Below, piece by piece: positions 48,358 through 57,989 of a stretch of DNA of 64,000 bases. This DNA comes from a virus (lineage: Duplodnaviria > Heunggongvirae > Uroviricota > Caudoviricetes). A model generated the notes under the pieces. The model was not told the DNA's origin and searched no databases. It worked only from the letters and a program-made list of their open reading frames with translations. The stretch is from IMG/VR virus record IMGVR_UViG_3300033150_000619; one strand, written 5' to 3'. How positions within the stretch are numbered: position 1 is the first letter of the stretch; each line of letters opens with the position of its first letter. The position numbers and the translations under genes were made by a program.

Positions 48358-51300
48358 CTATGCTACATTGATGTAAGTCCTATCATTAAACTCCTGGAGC
48401 TTGCCCTTGTTGTATTTGTTAGTTGACCTATAATATCCTACGACTCTGGAGAATACCTCAGTTGCACCACCACAACTGCTGCAGTCATAGTGTACACCAC
48501 GTTGGTAGCTACCACATTTGGGGCATATACTAAACGTAGCAGAGAAGTCAAAGTATGGTACCTTGGTGTTCTTAGCTATACTCTCCGTTAGCTTAGCTAG
48601 ACCTGCTGGGTGCGGGTCAGCTTCTCCTACATATATTCTATGGACTGTACCACCGGTAAAGGTAGTGAGATATGGCTCTTCAAAGAGCAGTCTCTCCTCC
48701 ATTCCCATTTCATAGGAAGGTGGAGTTATCATAGAAGTATAGTATGGGGAATCTGTCTCTCCCATCGTATATATATCTGGGTACTTCTTCCTGTCTTTGA
48801 TGGCTAAGTCAGTAGCAGAACCTTCAGCCGGTGTCATCTCAAAGTTCCACAGCAGACCCGTTTCCTGCTGTGTTGTCTTAGTCCAGTTCCTGATGTATTG
48901 AAGGACTCTAATTGCTAAGTCTCCAGCTTCTATAATATTACTTCCTGTATGGTTGATGCACATCTCATTAAGACCGACTATACCAATAGTACGGAAGAAT
49001 CTACTCAGGTCTACTTCGTAGATTCTTGCTATAGGCATAAGTCCACTATTAATAGACTTATTGACTATATCGCCCTTAATCTCTAGTGCTTCCCTAGCCA
49101 TAGAAAGAGTCATGTCTAGGTTATCAAATAACTCACTCTCTTCACGACTGATATACCCCAGACGACCTAAATTCAGTGTTATTACTCCTATTGAACCTGT
49201 GTTGCCTGATAAAGCCCACCTACCTCCTGCAGGTGGTAGCTGACTTAGATCTAAGTTTAATCTACAGCAGTTATGCGTTATTACACCATTAGCTAGTTGA
49301 TACAGATGCGGCTCTGGTAATTCAAGAGTATATACAGTGTCAGCGTGATACTTCTCCTTAATGTCTATGACCGATACCCACTGATAACCACCTTGATCAG
49401 TGTACTTACTGCTATTATCCTTACAGATACGTATTACCTGTGATGTCTTTAGTGTTCTAGTATATTTTATACCAAGGCTTCCTAATACATCACAGATATC
49501 ATCGGCTAACTCTGGATTGTTAATGTGTAGTTCATTGTCTCTATTGTAGCCGTCCCCCTGCCATAGACCATCTATCAGTCCTTGTCTGAAGTCTACAGAC
49601 CCTCTAAAGACAGCAGCTCTTAGTTTCTTCTCGGTGGATAACCTTCCACTCACGAAGCTTCTGACTAATCCTCTAACAGATTTATCATACGTTAATAGGG
49701 AAACAGCAGAGGATCTAGGATCAGGTACCTTAATCGACCTCGCTCCTAACGTGCGTTGCAGGAACTTAGTTATAAAATCTATATGTTCTGCTTCATCAGA
49801 ATGGAAGGTGAACTGTATCGCTTTACCAGTGTCTAGTCCTTCTGCAATGTATAGTCCAATTAGCCTACCTAGATCATAAGTTCCATATTCTGTATCATAT
49901 GGAGTAGATGCCATTGGGAGTCTCACTCCCGGTCGTAAGTCAACGGCTCTAATCACTCCATCATCTGTTAGGAATAGATGTGATTTCGTAACCTTTAGTA
50001 TGTTACCGTTGTCTAGATAAACATACAATAGATTGCTATCGTACTGATAGGCATCTACGTAGCAGGGAACAAACTCACCATTGACTAGTGCTTCTATGTT
50101 GTGTTTAGTGCTCGTTCTATAGAGATTCCTTAAGGTATCTCTAGAAACTCTACCATCAACGCGATAGATGACTTTGGTTTCTCCCTGGAAGCACATTGCT
50201 TGTACGCTGTCTTCATCAATACCAGAACCTACATAGTTCATGTAGTACCAGTTACCGAACTTAGCATCTGTACGCATTATCTCATAGAATAGATCTGAAC
50301 TAAAATCTGTAGACTTGATCAGATTTAGAGTTGGTATAGGGAACGTAAACACAGATCCTATTCCGTCCCCTTCATACAGAACATGATTAAAGGCTTTGAT
50401 TATAGTCTCTGCTTCATCTGCAAAGTCTTCATATGTATTACCATTGTCTAATACAGGTAACTCCCTGAGTTGTTTAGGACACTTAGAGTCAAATATTAAA
50501 TTAGTAAAGGGTGTATTACCAGTGAAGGCTATCTTACCATTTCTAAGAACTATCATGCTATTGTTGTCTGTATTAATACCGTACACTCTTCCATCGTAAG
50601 GAATAGTCTCAACCTCTGCATAAGTTCTATCTGTGAAGTCCCTAACTATAGATATATCATAAACTCCGTTGTCTCTTAATCTATTATTGGTTAAGTACCC
50701 AGCAATAACACATAATTCTTGGAATCTCAATAAGTCGGATTCGGAATTAGTATATAACCTAAATCTGGACTTAGATCCATCTCCCAACCTATATTCAGAT
50801 AAGAACAATCTGGCCTGGTTTCTTGACAACAAAGATGTCCACTTAGGTATGGATTTACTATATCCACTCTTATAGAAAGTAAATCTCTTGACTGGTGCAT
50901 TAGCACACCCGCCGGAATATTCAGACTCTGTCCATTCTATACCATTATCAGACAGAGTGGATCTTATGCACTCTATATTCTCTGGATTGAGTATAGATTG
51001 TCCTATTACTATTCTATCCTCTTTGGTTTTGTTAGGTGTTATATTACCCTCAGAGACTATCCATGCCCACAACCTTATTTCTTCATCCGTAATTGGATAA
51101 TCTTCCCTGTCAATAAGTCCCATAGCAGGAACTAAGACTCTAGATTTCCTATCGAATATGTCTTTAGCCATCTCAAATCTAGGAGTATCATCATAATAGG
51201 GAAATGTAATAACTCTGTGTTCTGGAACGACTAATTGATCAGTTCTCTCATTGTGTATGTGATACATTAATCCATTATAATTGTATCTAACTACCTTGTG

Positions 51301-52947
51301 GATGGGCAATACCTCTATTTCTCTAGTCTCCATATTGAAGGTTAAGGCTAAGTCGGACTCAGATATCTCATCTATTGATTTCCATCCATCTAGAGTTAGA
51401 GTAAGGGTATCTTCAGATACACACTGATAACCTGCTCTAGAAGGATAATTTAGATTGAATATAAGCCTCTGCATCTCCTGCTTAACTTCCTCATAGGATA
51501 GGTTGTCGTGGTAGACAAACGGGGCTAACAACCAGTTGACATTAGATATAGCTTGGGCACCAGCCCATTCCTGCTGTGATGTAGCCATAAAGTTCACTAT
51601 ATGGTCTACAGCTGTATTAAGGTGCTTAGCAGGCTTAGATCTAATTCTTGTAGTTATTAGTCCCATATTCAACAGTTTGAACAGATCAGCACCATAACAA
51701 TTATGTACTTTGAGTCCAACAGTAGAGAATATACCAGATTCTGTTGTTATATCATAGACCATCTTCCCCTTCCAAGGAATCCTCCATAGCTTCTTTACCC
51801 TAGGAGTTCTGTCGTAGTAATCTATATTGCCTGGCTTTCCAACTCTGTACCGAATATCATTCTTACTGGTAATCTTTAATGATTCAGAGAATAGAGTGAT
51901 ACATCTCTCTTCCATGAATATCTTAAGTTTGAATATATTCTCAGTGGTACTAAATCTCATTGCTACCGGAAGACGTATGATATCAAACAGTGTCTTTAGT
52001 TGGCTGACTAATTCATATGATGTAGTGTCTATCCCAATTATAGATGCTCCTTGTTTAGGGGTGATACACCAACCGTCTCCGTCTATTATACCTGCTATGA
52101 TATCAAAGAAGGTCTCTTGTGTGAAGTCAGTATATGGAATAGCTTTATTGTGGGATCCGTTCTCCGGAACAGAGAATAGACGTTTGACTAACAGATTATC
52201 TCCATTAATAACTATATCCTTCCCGTATATCGAGAAATCTATATTATAGTCTACTAATACCCTTAGTATCTTGTTCTTCTCTGGTGAATCGTATTCTATA
52301 CAGTAGTTCTTCCCTCTTTTGAATCCTTTGGCTATGTACATTCCTAACAACCAGGCAATATCAGACGCAATGTGTGTTCTTCCAAAGACAAATCGTCTAG
52401 ATGGAAGAGCTGTAGTTAACTTATCTCCTACATTCAGTTCTGAAGCAGGCACAGTAGTTTCTGCAAGTCCTACAAAGATAGGGTGATCCTCTGTTACAAT
52501 TAGTATCCTTCCATTGTCTGTTTCAATTCCAATTAGATCACAGTGTGAGGGATGTGACTGTGTATCAATTATATTAACCCAGGTAGCATTGTCCTGTAAA
52601 GTCTCTAGATTGCTCTTACCTTGTACGTCTTTAAGAGACGTAAAGAAAGGTCTCTTGATGTTAGCATCTCGAACTAGGATTGATGTAGAGCCTATATACG
52701 AATAGGGAACTATACCATCGCTGAGATTATGTATATGGAAGTACCCATCTAAGTAAGCCTTCCTAATCATATCGGGATACTGGCTTAGTGAGTATCTCTT
52801 AATGTTCTTCTTAGTCATATATGCCTGTAGACCTGAGTATGATATATCTGAGTTAGCGTTCTCCTTAATCTGCCAGTCACTCTTCTGTATGTAACTCTCA
52901 ATATCATTGCTCCACGAATCGTCAGTAGTCCTTAATAGCTCGTCCAT
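48358..52947 (-). CDS. nrdD: anaerobic ribonucleoside-triphosphate reductase (class III RNR) interrupted by three inteins
   Basis: 1529 aa; N-terminal YLDGYFHIHNLSDG; conserved CCRLNLD just after intein 3; C-terminal Zn ribbon CPKCGSY...CSSCGG and glycyl-radical motif SRVVGYYRS; the extein sums to about 637 aa; GGAG Shine-Dalgarno 8 nt upstream. Confidence 0.85.
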   Translation of the reverse strand: MDELLRTTDDSWSNDIESYIQKSDWQIKENANSDISYSGLQAYMTKKNIKRYSLSQYPDMIRKAYLDGYFHIHNLSDGIVPYSYIGSTSILVRDANIKRPFFTSLKDVQGKSNLETLQDNATWVNIIDTQSHPSHCDLIGIETDNGRILIVTEDHPIFVGLAETTVPASELNVGDKLTTALPSRRFVFGRTHIASDIAWLLGMYIAKGFKRGKNYCIEYDSPEKNKILRVLVDYNIDFSIYGKDIVINGDNLLVKRLFSVPENGSHNKAIPYTDFTQETFFDIIAGIIDGDGWCITPKQGASIIGIDTTSYELVSQLKTLFDIIRLPVAMRFSTTENIFKLKIFMEERCITLFSESLKITSKNDIRYRVGKPGNIDYYDRTPRVKKLWRIPWKGKMVYDITTESGIFSTVGLKVHNCYGADLFKLLNMGLITTRIRSKPAKHLNTAVDHIVNFMATSQQEWAGAQAISNVNWLLAPFVYHDNLSYEEVKQEMQRLIFNLNYPSRAGYQCVSEDTLTLTLDGWKSIDEISESDLALTFNMETREIEVLPIHKVVRYNYNGLMYHIHNERTDQLVVPEHRVITFPYYDDTPRFEMAKDIFDRKSRVLVPAMGLIDREDYPITDEEIRLWAWIVSEGNITPNKTKEDRIVIGQSILNPENIECIRSTLSDNGIEWTESEYSGGCANAPVKRFTFYKSGYSKSIPKWTSLLSRNQARLFLSEYRLGDGSKSRFRLYTNSESDLLRFQELCVIAGYLTNNRLRDNGVYDISIVRDFTDRTYAEVETIPYDGRVYGINTDNNSMIVLRNGKIAFTGNTPFTNLIFDSKCPKQLRELPVLDNGNTYEDFADEAETIIKAFNHVLYEGDGIGSVFTFPIPTLNLIKSTDFSSDLFYEIMRTDAKFGNWYYMNYVGSGIDEDSVQAMCFQGETKVIYRVDGRVSRDTLRNLYRTSTKHNIEALVNGEFVPCYVDAYQYDSNLLYVYLDNGNILKVTKSHLFLTDDGVIRAVDLRPGVRLPMASTPYDTEYGTYDLGRLIGLYIAEGLDTGKAIQFTFHSDEAEHIDFITKFLQRTLGARSIKVPDPRSSAVSLLTYDKSVRGLVRSFVSGRLSTEKKLRAAVFRGSVDFRQGLIDGLWQGDGYNRDNELHINNPELADDICDVLGSLGIKYTRTLKTSQVIRICKDNSSKYTDQGGYQWVSVIDIKEKYHADTVYTLELPEPHLYQLANGVITHNCCRLNLDLSQLPPAGGRWALSGNTGSIGVITLNLGRLGYISREESELFDNLDMTLSMAREALEIKGDIVNKSINSGLMPIARIYEVDLSRFFRTIGIVGLNEMCINHTGSNIIEAGDLAIRVLQYIRNWTKTTQQETGLLWNFEMTPAEGSATDLAIKDRKKYPDIYTMGETDSPYYTSMITPPSYEMGMEERLLFEEPYLTTFTGGTVHRIYVGEADPHPAGLAKLTESIAKNTKVPYFDFSATFSICPKCGSYQRGVHYDCSSCGGATEVFSRVVGYYRSTNKYNKGKLQEFNDRTYINVA
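49243..49256. repeat. dispersed palindrome ACTTAGATCTAAGT copy
   Basis: Exact 14-mer inside the nrdD extein right after CCRL (codes NLDLSQ). Confidence 0.95.
49270..50193 (-). mobile_element. intein 3 in nrdD
   Basis: aa 919-1226; starts CFQGETKVIYRVDG, ends VYTLELPEPHLYQLANGVITHN followed by CCRL; internal GLYIAEG / LIDGLWQGDG LAGLIDADG-like motifs. Confidence 0.7.
50515..51423 (-). mobile_element. intein 2 in nrdD
   Basis: aa 509-811; starts CVSEDTLTLTLDGW, ends RVYGINTDNNSMIVLRNGKIAFTGN followed by Thr. Confidence 0.65.
51634..51645. repeat. dispersed palindrome variant CTTAGATCTAAT (11/12)
   Basis: Inside the nrdD extein (codes RIRSK). Confidence 0.8.
51700..52542 (-). mobile_element. 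intein 1 in nrdD with LAGLIDADG homing-endonuclease domain
   Basis: aa 136-416; starts with Cys after SHPSH, ends MVYDITTESGIFSTVGLKVHN followed by Cys; two LAGLIDADG-like motifs (LLGMYIAKGF, IAGIIDGDGW). Confidence 0.75.
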
Positions 52948-53145
52948 CGGATTAATCTCCTTGTGGATGATTGTATTCTATTCCTTATCTTAAAAGTATA
53001 TCCTTGATCCCTATGAATCTCAGTTGTCAATGAAATCACGTAGCTATAACTCGCTCTTGGAGCATTATAAGTCTGCTTTCACGTAATCATAACGATAGTT
53101 AGACTTAATTCTATACAGACTGTAAAGATAGTAGGAGAGACACAG

Positions 53146-55242
53146 ATGCCCTATAAGTCTATCTCTGAGTTACCTGCCAGTGTCAGAAATACACTACCAG
53201 TGTCTGCATTAAGGATATGGATGAATGCATATAATTATGCCATAGCCAATCCAGATAAAGTCGAAGGTGAGCCAGCCCAGTATGCTTGGGGAGCTGTTAA
53301 GAAAGTCTATGAGAAAAGGGACGGTAAGTGGGTTAAGAAGAACAACTTAGATCTAAGTGTGCAGGAGATAGAAGACCTGCAGCTTACTACTGCTGACATT
53401 GTAGACATACTTCCTAAGAGGTTCTGGGAAGTTCCTGTTAGATATGGGTACAGAGTTGCATCTGACATGGGTAGATTGCTATGGAATGGGTTGAAGAGTA
53501 CGTTTACTTCTAGTGTCAGCCTTGATGACTACGTAGGACAGCCTATCCACCTAATAGAAGATGTAGTATCCTACGGTACCTTCATCCTTAAGAAATCAGT
53601 AAGTAAGAGGAAGGATGAGGACGAAGAAGATGAGTTTGACTTCTATGTATATGAAGTAGACTGGCTTAGGAAGTTCCCTGGTCCTTTGCCTGTTAGGGTT
53701 AGGAAGAAAGAGTATGGTCTACTCAATAGGAAAGACTATTCCTTTAAGATGTTAAGTGGACTTAGTAATAGAGACCTACTCTATATACACTCTTACTGCC
53801 ATAGTGGTCACCATCTCGGGATAAAGGAGTTTCATGACCTTGTGGCTAAGGAAATGGAGAGAAGAGGTATAATACATCCAGTCTATGCACCAATGGATAA
53901 GGACACACCTGAAATACCTGCTCCTGACATTGGGGATACACCTCAATTAGATATAGAGGATAAAGTTACATTAGAGCAGTTCCTGTCTATGCTACCAGAT
54001 CAGTTTTCTCTAGACGCTCCTCCACCTAAGATGTGGGTTACAGGGGATATAGTTAACAAAGGGATAACTACAATATCTGATGGCATAGACATAGTGGTAG
54101 GGCAGGATGAAGTAGATCCCCGCATAATCAGTAAGATAGCCAGCTTAATAGGAGATGACAGAGTTAAGAAGAGTATCAGGGTCATATTCTCTACAGAGGG
54201 TCCTCCCTTTGGATATAGTATTCCCCTTTACAGGGATGCATTCCAGAAACTAAGCTATAGAAGCACATTTAATCCTACAGACTACCTTAGATATACGCGT
54301 CCATCAGACAATACATATACTAATCTACAGACTTTATGGGATGAGTGGGGCAGCGTTAGAATAGATGACGGTTTATTCGTAGAGAAGAGATATGATGGTA
54401 TACCTGTATCTGTACATCATTTCCCTGGCAGTCGTACAATAATCCGCAAGAACAAGGTACCACTTAAGTTAGATTCGATAGAGTTAGAACTTAGTAAAAT
54501 TGATAGACAGTTTGTAGGTATGGGTACAATAGTCCAGTATGACTGCAACAACATCAAAGTGAATAAGATAGAGGAGCTCTGTAAGCCTATCCCCGCTGGT
54601 GCTGAAAAGTTAAGGAAGAAGCCATTTGGATACACACACGCATCTGACTGTACAGTCCTCCACTTACACGAAATAGTATTCTTAGATAATACACCAATAC
54701 ATAACGGATCATATAAAGAAAGGGTAGAGTTAATGGACTCCCTCATCCCGGATGATTTAATCCATGTGAGGAAAGTACCCTATTCATTGGTTAAGTCCAA
54801 AGCAGAATTAGAGAGTGCAGTATCTCAGTTATTGAGTATCGGATCAGACGGTGTCAACATTAAGGAAGCTACCTCAACATTCAACTTCAGTGGTAAGAGT
54901 AAACAGATGGTAGACTTAGACAAAGACAGTGATGTTATTGTAATAAAGCTAAAGGACTGTACTCTGTTTCATGATGAGAATATATGTCCTCTCTACACCT
55001 TAACACATCATTCATTAACTAAAGTAGCTATTGAAGAATTACAGTACCCAGTGAAGTGTCAATTAGCATCATTAGTAAAGTGTCCCTTGGTGAAGGACTA
55101 CTACTATCAGTTATCTAAGCCTGTAGAAATTAAGAACTGGTTTATACCCTTGACAGAACCAGATCCTTCAGATACTCATACTCCTCTAAATCAATCAGAC
55201 CAGCCTTATAGGACTTATACAGAAACCGGAGGGCTTTCCTAG
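53146..55242 (+). CDS. ChaB-domain protein fused to a large C-terminal domain with degenerate ligase-like motifs
   Basis: 698 aa; N-terminal 70 aa (MPYKSISELPASVRNTLPVSALRIWMNAYNYA...AWGAVKKVYEKRDGKWVKK) closely match the ChaB N-terminus as recalled from memory; C-terminal FVEKRYDGIP, VLHLHEIVF, DGVNIKE and IVIKLKD resemble ligase motifs I, III, IV, V with the catalytic positions altered; AGGAGAG Shine-Dalgarno 6 nt upstream. Confidence 0.6.
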   Translation: MPYKSISELPASVRNTLPVSALRIWMNAYNYAIANPDKVEGEPAQYAWGAVKKVYEKRDGKWVKKNNLDLSVQEIEDLQLTTADIVDILPKRFWEVPVRYGYRVASDMGRLLWNGLKSTFTSSVSLDDYVGQPIHLIEDVVSYGTFILKKSVSKRKDEDEEDEFDFYVYEVDWLRKFPGPLPVRVRKKEYGLLNRKDYSFKMLSGLSNRDLLYIHSYCHSGHHLGIKEFHDLVAKEMERRGIIHPVYAPMDKDTPEIPAPDIGDTPQLDIEDKVTLEQFLSMLPDQFSLDAPPPKMWVTGDIVNKGITTISDGIDIVVGQDEVDPRIISKIASLIGDDRVKKSIRVIFSTEGPPFGYSIPLYRDAFQKLSYRSTFNPTDYLRYTRPSDNTYTNLQTLWDEWGSVRIDDGLFVEKRYDGIPVSVHHFPGSRTIIRKNKVPLKLDSIELELSKIDRQFVGMGTIVQYDCNNIKVNKIEELCKPIPAGAEKLRKKPFGYTHASDCTVLHLHEIVFLDNTPIHNGSYKERVELMDSLIPDDLIHVRKVPYSLVKSKAELESAVSQLLSIGSDGVNIKEATSTFNFSGKSKQMVDLDKDSDVIVIKLKDCTLFHDENICPLYTLTHHSLTKVAIEELQYPVKCQLASLVKCPLVKDYYYQLSKPVEIKNWFIPLTEPDPSDTHTPLNQSDQPYRTYTETGGLS
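53345..53358. repeat. dispersed palindrome ACTTAGATCTAAGT copy
   Basis: Exact 14-mer inside the plus-strand ChaB-fusion gene (codes NNLDLSV). Confidence 0.95.
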
Positions 55243-55347
55243 TGTCCCACTTCAGTATTATATCTGGATCTATCTTAGTAGGTCTATACATCGTCTCTCC
55301 AAATATAAATACACCTACAGGCTATATACACATTAGGGAGGAATATC

Positions 55348-55668
55348 ATGGCTAGACTGGAATTAGTAAGGAATGACTACGGTTACCCATTAACATTTAC
55401 TATAAAGGATTCCCAGGAGAACTTAGTAGATTTAACCAATGCTACGGTTACGCTCAAGGTAAAGAAGTCTGGTCAAACCTGTTTGACCATAGACGCCGAA
55501 TGCACAGTAGACCCAGATCCAACAACAGGAGTTTGTACATATATTGTTCAAGACGAAGACTTTGATACTGTTGGTAGATATGTAGGAGAGTTAGAGATAG
55601 AGTGGACTGGTGGGAAGGTTATGACAGCTACAGACCTTAACATCGATATAGTCCCAGATCTCTCTTAG
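55348..55668 (+). CDS. hypothetical protein, possible Ig-like/beta-sandwich
   Basis: 106 aa, Thr/Val-rich with alternating beta-strand pattern; second gene of the only plus-strand block. Confidence 0.4.
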   Translation: MARLELVRNDYGYPLTFTIKDSQENLVDLTNATVTLKVKKSGQTCLTIDAECTVDPDPTTGVCTYIVQDEDFDTVGRYVGELEIEWTGGKVMTATDLNIDIVPDLS

Positions 55669-55702
55669 CCTATATGTGATCCATATTTGGTCTAATGGTG
55701 AT

Positions 55703-56080
55703 CTAAGATTCCTTCTTGAATATTGCAGACTTTGGTATTACACAACTGTCGTCTTTGTACATCTTCCATATGCCTTGGAGCTTCTCCCCTCCGAAGATCA
55801 TAGTTGTACCTTCTTCACTATCTATGATATTAATTAAGCCAGAGTCTATATTGACGATATTACTCTCAATACCCTTGGGAACGGGTCTCAGCTTCCTTTC
55901 TATAACTATGGTAGATTCGGTTGTAGTAGGATCATCTACTAAACTCCATTCAGAGTTCCTACCCTCAACACGTATGTCCCAGTGTGTCTTAACTTCACCG
56001 TCTACAACAATATCATGCTGATTAAGTGTAAAGTCCCTGGGTTTTATATCCTTGAGCATATCCTTAGTTATCTTCACCAT
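55703..56080 (-). CDS. hypothetical protein
   Basis: 125 aa; first gene of the distal structural-like module. Confidence 0.4.
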   Translation of the reverse strand: MVKITKDMLKDIKPRDFTLNQHDIVVDGEVKTHWDIRVEGRNSEWSLVDDPTTTESTIVIERKLRPVPKGIESNIVNIDSGLINIIDSEEGTTMIFGGEKLQGIWKMYKDDSCVIPKSAIFKKES

Positions 56081-56883
56081 CTGTACCTCTGTTTGAACTT
56101 AGCCTCTAAGGTAGTACTAGTCTTCTTGATGTATGTTAAGGCTTCTATATCCTGAAGTGATAGGGTAGCTGCCTGTGGTCTGAAGTAGATATCAGAGGTT
56201 GTATCCATTAGGTAGAGAATATATGGTGTCCTGTTGAGTGGAGAACCTATATCATACAAAGATGTACTCTCTGTTAGATTTACTGTATAGTCCTCCCCTG
56301 GTTCTGGCTCGGTAATGTTCCATGTAACCTCAAGTTGAGGAGAAACACCTGAACTGTGCTCAAAGGAGCAGCCCCTCCTTAAATGGGTACCATCATCACT
56401 TCTACCGTCATGATCATCCCAAAAAATGACTAGATCATTTCCCGCAACCCAGTTTGGTCTATCAACAATTTCTTGGATGATTGTCTTAATATTGGGGCTA
56501 GTATAAACAACTCCTGCTGTCCATGGGGGAATGTCATCCCAATAAACAACGGCTGAGGTTCTTGGTCTCGTTGAGTAGTTGTCGTAGTTTGTGAAGGTTA
56601 CTGCATTATCAGAGTCTTCCCCTCTAAGTTTGCTTCTTACACCTGTAGAACTATCTGACCTTCTTGCTCTGATATTAAAATATGCACTTTCTATCGTTGC
56701 ACCTTGAGGAATATCAACTCCCACAAACCGCCCCCCACCACCTGCTTTTACCTCACTTGTACCCCAATTACCGACATGCCACCTTTCATTTATAAGTTGA
56801 CAAACCCAATCAGTTCCATTGTAACTGACGAAGACATCATCGGTATTACCTTCAATATTCCATGTGTTGGTTGTCATTCTCAA
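56074..56883 (-). CDS. hypothetical structural-like protein
   Basis: 269 aa, Trp/Asn/Asp-rich, Gly run GGGGRFVGVD. Confidence 0.4.
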   Translation of the reverse strand: MRMTTNTWNIEGNTDDVFVSYNGTDWVCQLINERWHVGNWGTSEVKAGGGGRFVGVDIPQGATIESAYFNIRARRSDSSTGVRSKLRGEDSDNAVTFTNYDNYSTRPRTSAVVYWDDIPPWTAGVVYTSPNIKTIIQEIVDRPNWVAGNDLVIFWDDHDGRSDDGTHLRRGCSFEHSSGVSPQLEVTWNITEPEPGEDYTVNLTESTSLYDIGSPLNRTPYILYLMDTTSDIYFRPQAATLSLQDIEALTYIKKTSTTLEAKFKQRYRW

Positions 56884-57987
56884 TCACCCCCTTATCTTAG
56901 TGTATATGTCTGTAACTGTATCCTTGATGGTTAATGCTACCGATATGGCTGCAGTATAGAGACCTGTACTAGTCTCTTTAGTTAACATATCTGTAGCTAA
57001 ATCTTTTAGGTACACAGTCACATACCTACTGAGTACTGTCCACCATGTATAGAACTCTGATATGATGGGAGCCTCGCTCCACGTTCTATACCATTGAGAC
57101 ACCCTACTAAAGTAATCACTTAGATCTAAGCCCTGTAATCTAACCGATTGATATTCCTTAACTATGAAGTCCTGTGCTGAGATACCTTGGGTCCTTAGCA
57201 TGAAATATGTCCTGTAGAGGATATGGTATAGATTGATAGGGGTATACGGACTCCTGTACCAACTTAATGTCCTGTTATAGGCATCCTGTATTCTAATATC
57301 CGTAATCCTGCGATGGTTGTATCTATTGGAGATATTGTCAATGACGGACATACCTGTCTCTGATACCCACCCATACACTTTGGAGAGATAACCTGCCATT
57401 AGAGTACTGTCATACATATTACGGTAATATTCTACCTCCCTGAAGAAGATGGAGTATAGACTTAGGTACTCATTGAATACGAATAACATATATTGCTTAA
57501 AGATAAAGTATCCATCTACAACTACAGAGTCTACTAGAGTCCTACTGTATCCCCACACTCTCTGTGATGTAGCCGAGAGAGATGTAGAATGAGTCAGCTC
57601 CTTACGTACATCCCATATTCTGTTATATAGACTATACATGGACCATGATTGGATCAAAGATGGTCTAAAGTCTGCCTGGCGAATAGCAGATGCAATTAGA
57701 AGTAATGTGTCCTCACATACCTGCCTAAAACCATACGTTGTTATTATGTAATCTAAGAGATATATGGACTCTACAAATCCTTGAGATACAAGTGGCTTTA
57801 GATAACTAAAGTAATCTGCTATAGAGATACCCTGGATTAATGACCACTGTAACTGAGATACTGCGCTGTAGTAGTGTGATAGTATTAAAGATTGTAATAG
57901 ACTTAGATACTCGCCAACAATACCATAACCTCGGGTTACGAGCTGTTGGTGCTCGCCGAGTCCTCTGGTTATGATGGTATGTGGCAT
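56884..57987 (-). CDS. Tyr/Ser-rich structural-like protein (baseplate or fibre-associated?)
   Basis: 367 aa, low-complexity Y/S/L-rich; abuts the previous gene; contains palindrome copy 57118-57131 encoding QGLDLSDY. Confidence 0.4.
   Translation of the reverse strand: MPHTIITRGLGEHQQLVTRGYGIVGEYLSLLQSLILSHYYSAVSQLQWSLIQGISIADYFSYLKPLVSQGFVESIYLLDYIITTYGFRQVCEDTLLLIASAIRQADFRPSLIQSWSMYSLYNRIWDVRKELTHSTSLSATSQRVWGYSRTLVDSVVVDGYFIFKQYMLFVFNEYLSLYSIFFREVEYYRNMYDSTLMAGYLSKVYGWVSETGMSVIDNISNRYNHRRITDIRIQDAYNRTLSWYRSPYTPINLYHILYRTYFMLRTQGISAQDFIVKEYQSVRLQGLDLSDYFSRVSQWYRTWSEAPIISEFYTWWTVLSRYVTVYLKDLATDMLTKETSTGLYTAAISVALTIKDTVTDIYTKIRG
57118..57131. repeat. dispersed palindrome copy (exact 12-mer, 13/14 of the 14-mer)
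   Basis: ACTTAGATCTAAGc inside 56884..57987 (codes GLDLSD). Confidence 0.95.
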
Positions 57988-57989
57988 TA

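Noticed and set aside
52995-53030. Bacterial sigma70 promoter (TTGACA ... TATACT) upstream of nrdD
   Set aside because: Both hexamers are near-consensus, but the spacer is 24 nt rather than 17 +/- 1; kept only as an alternative in the host-domain finding.
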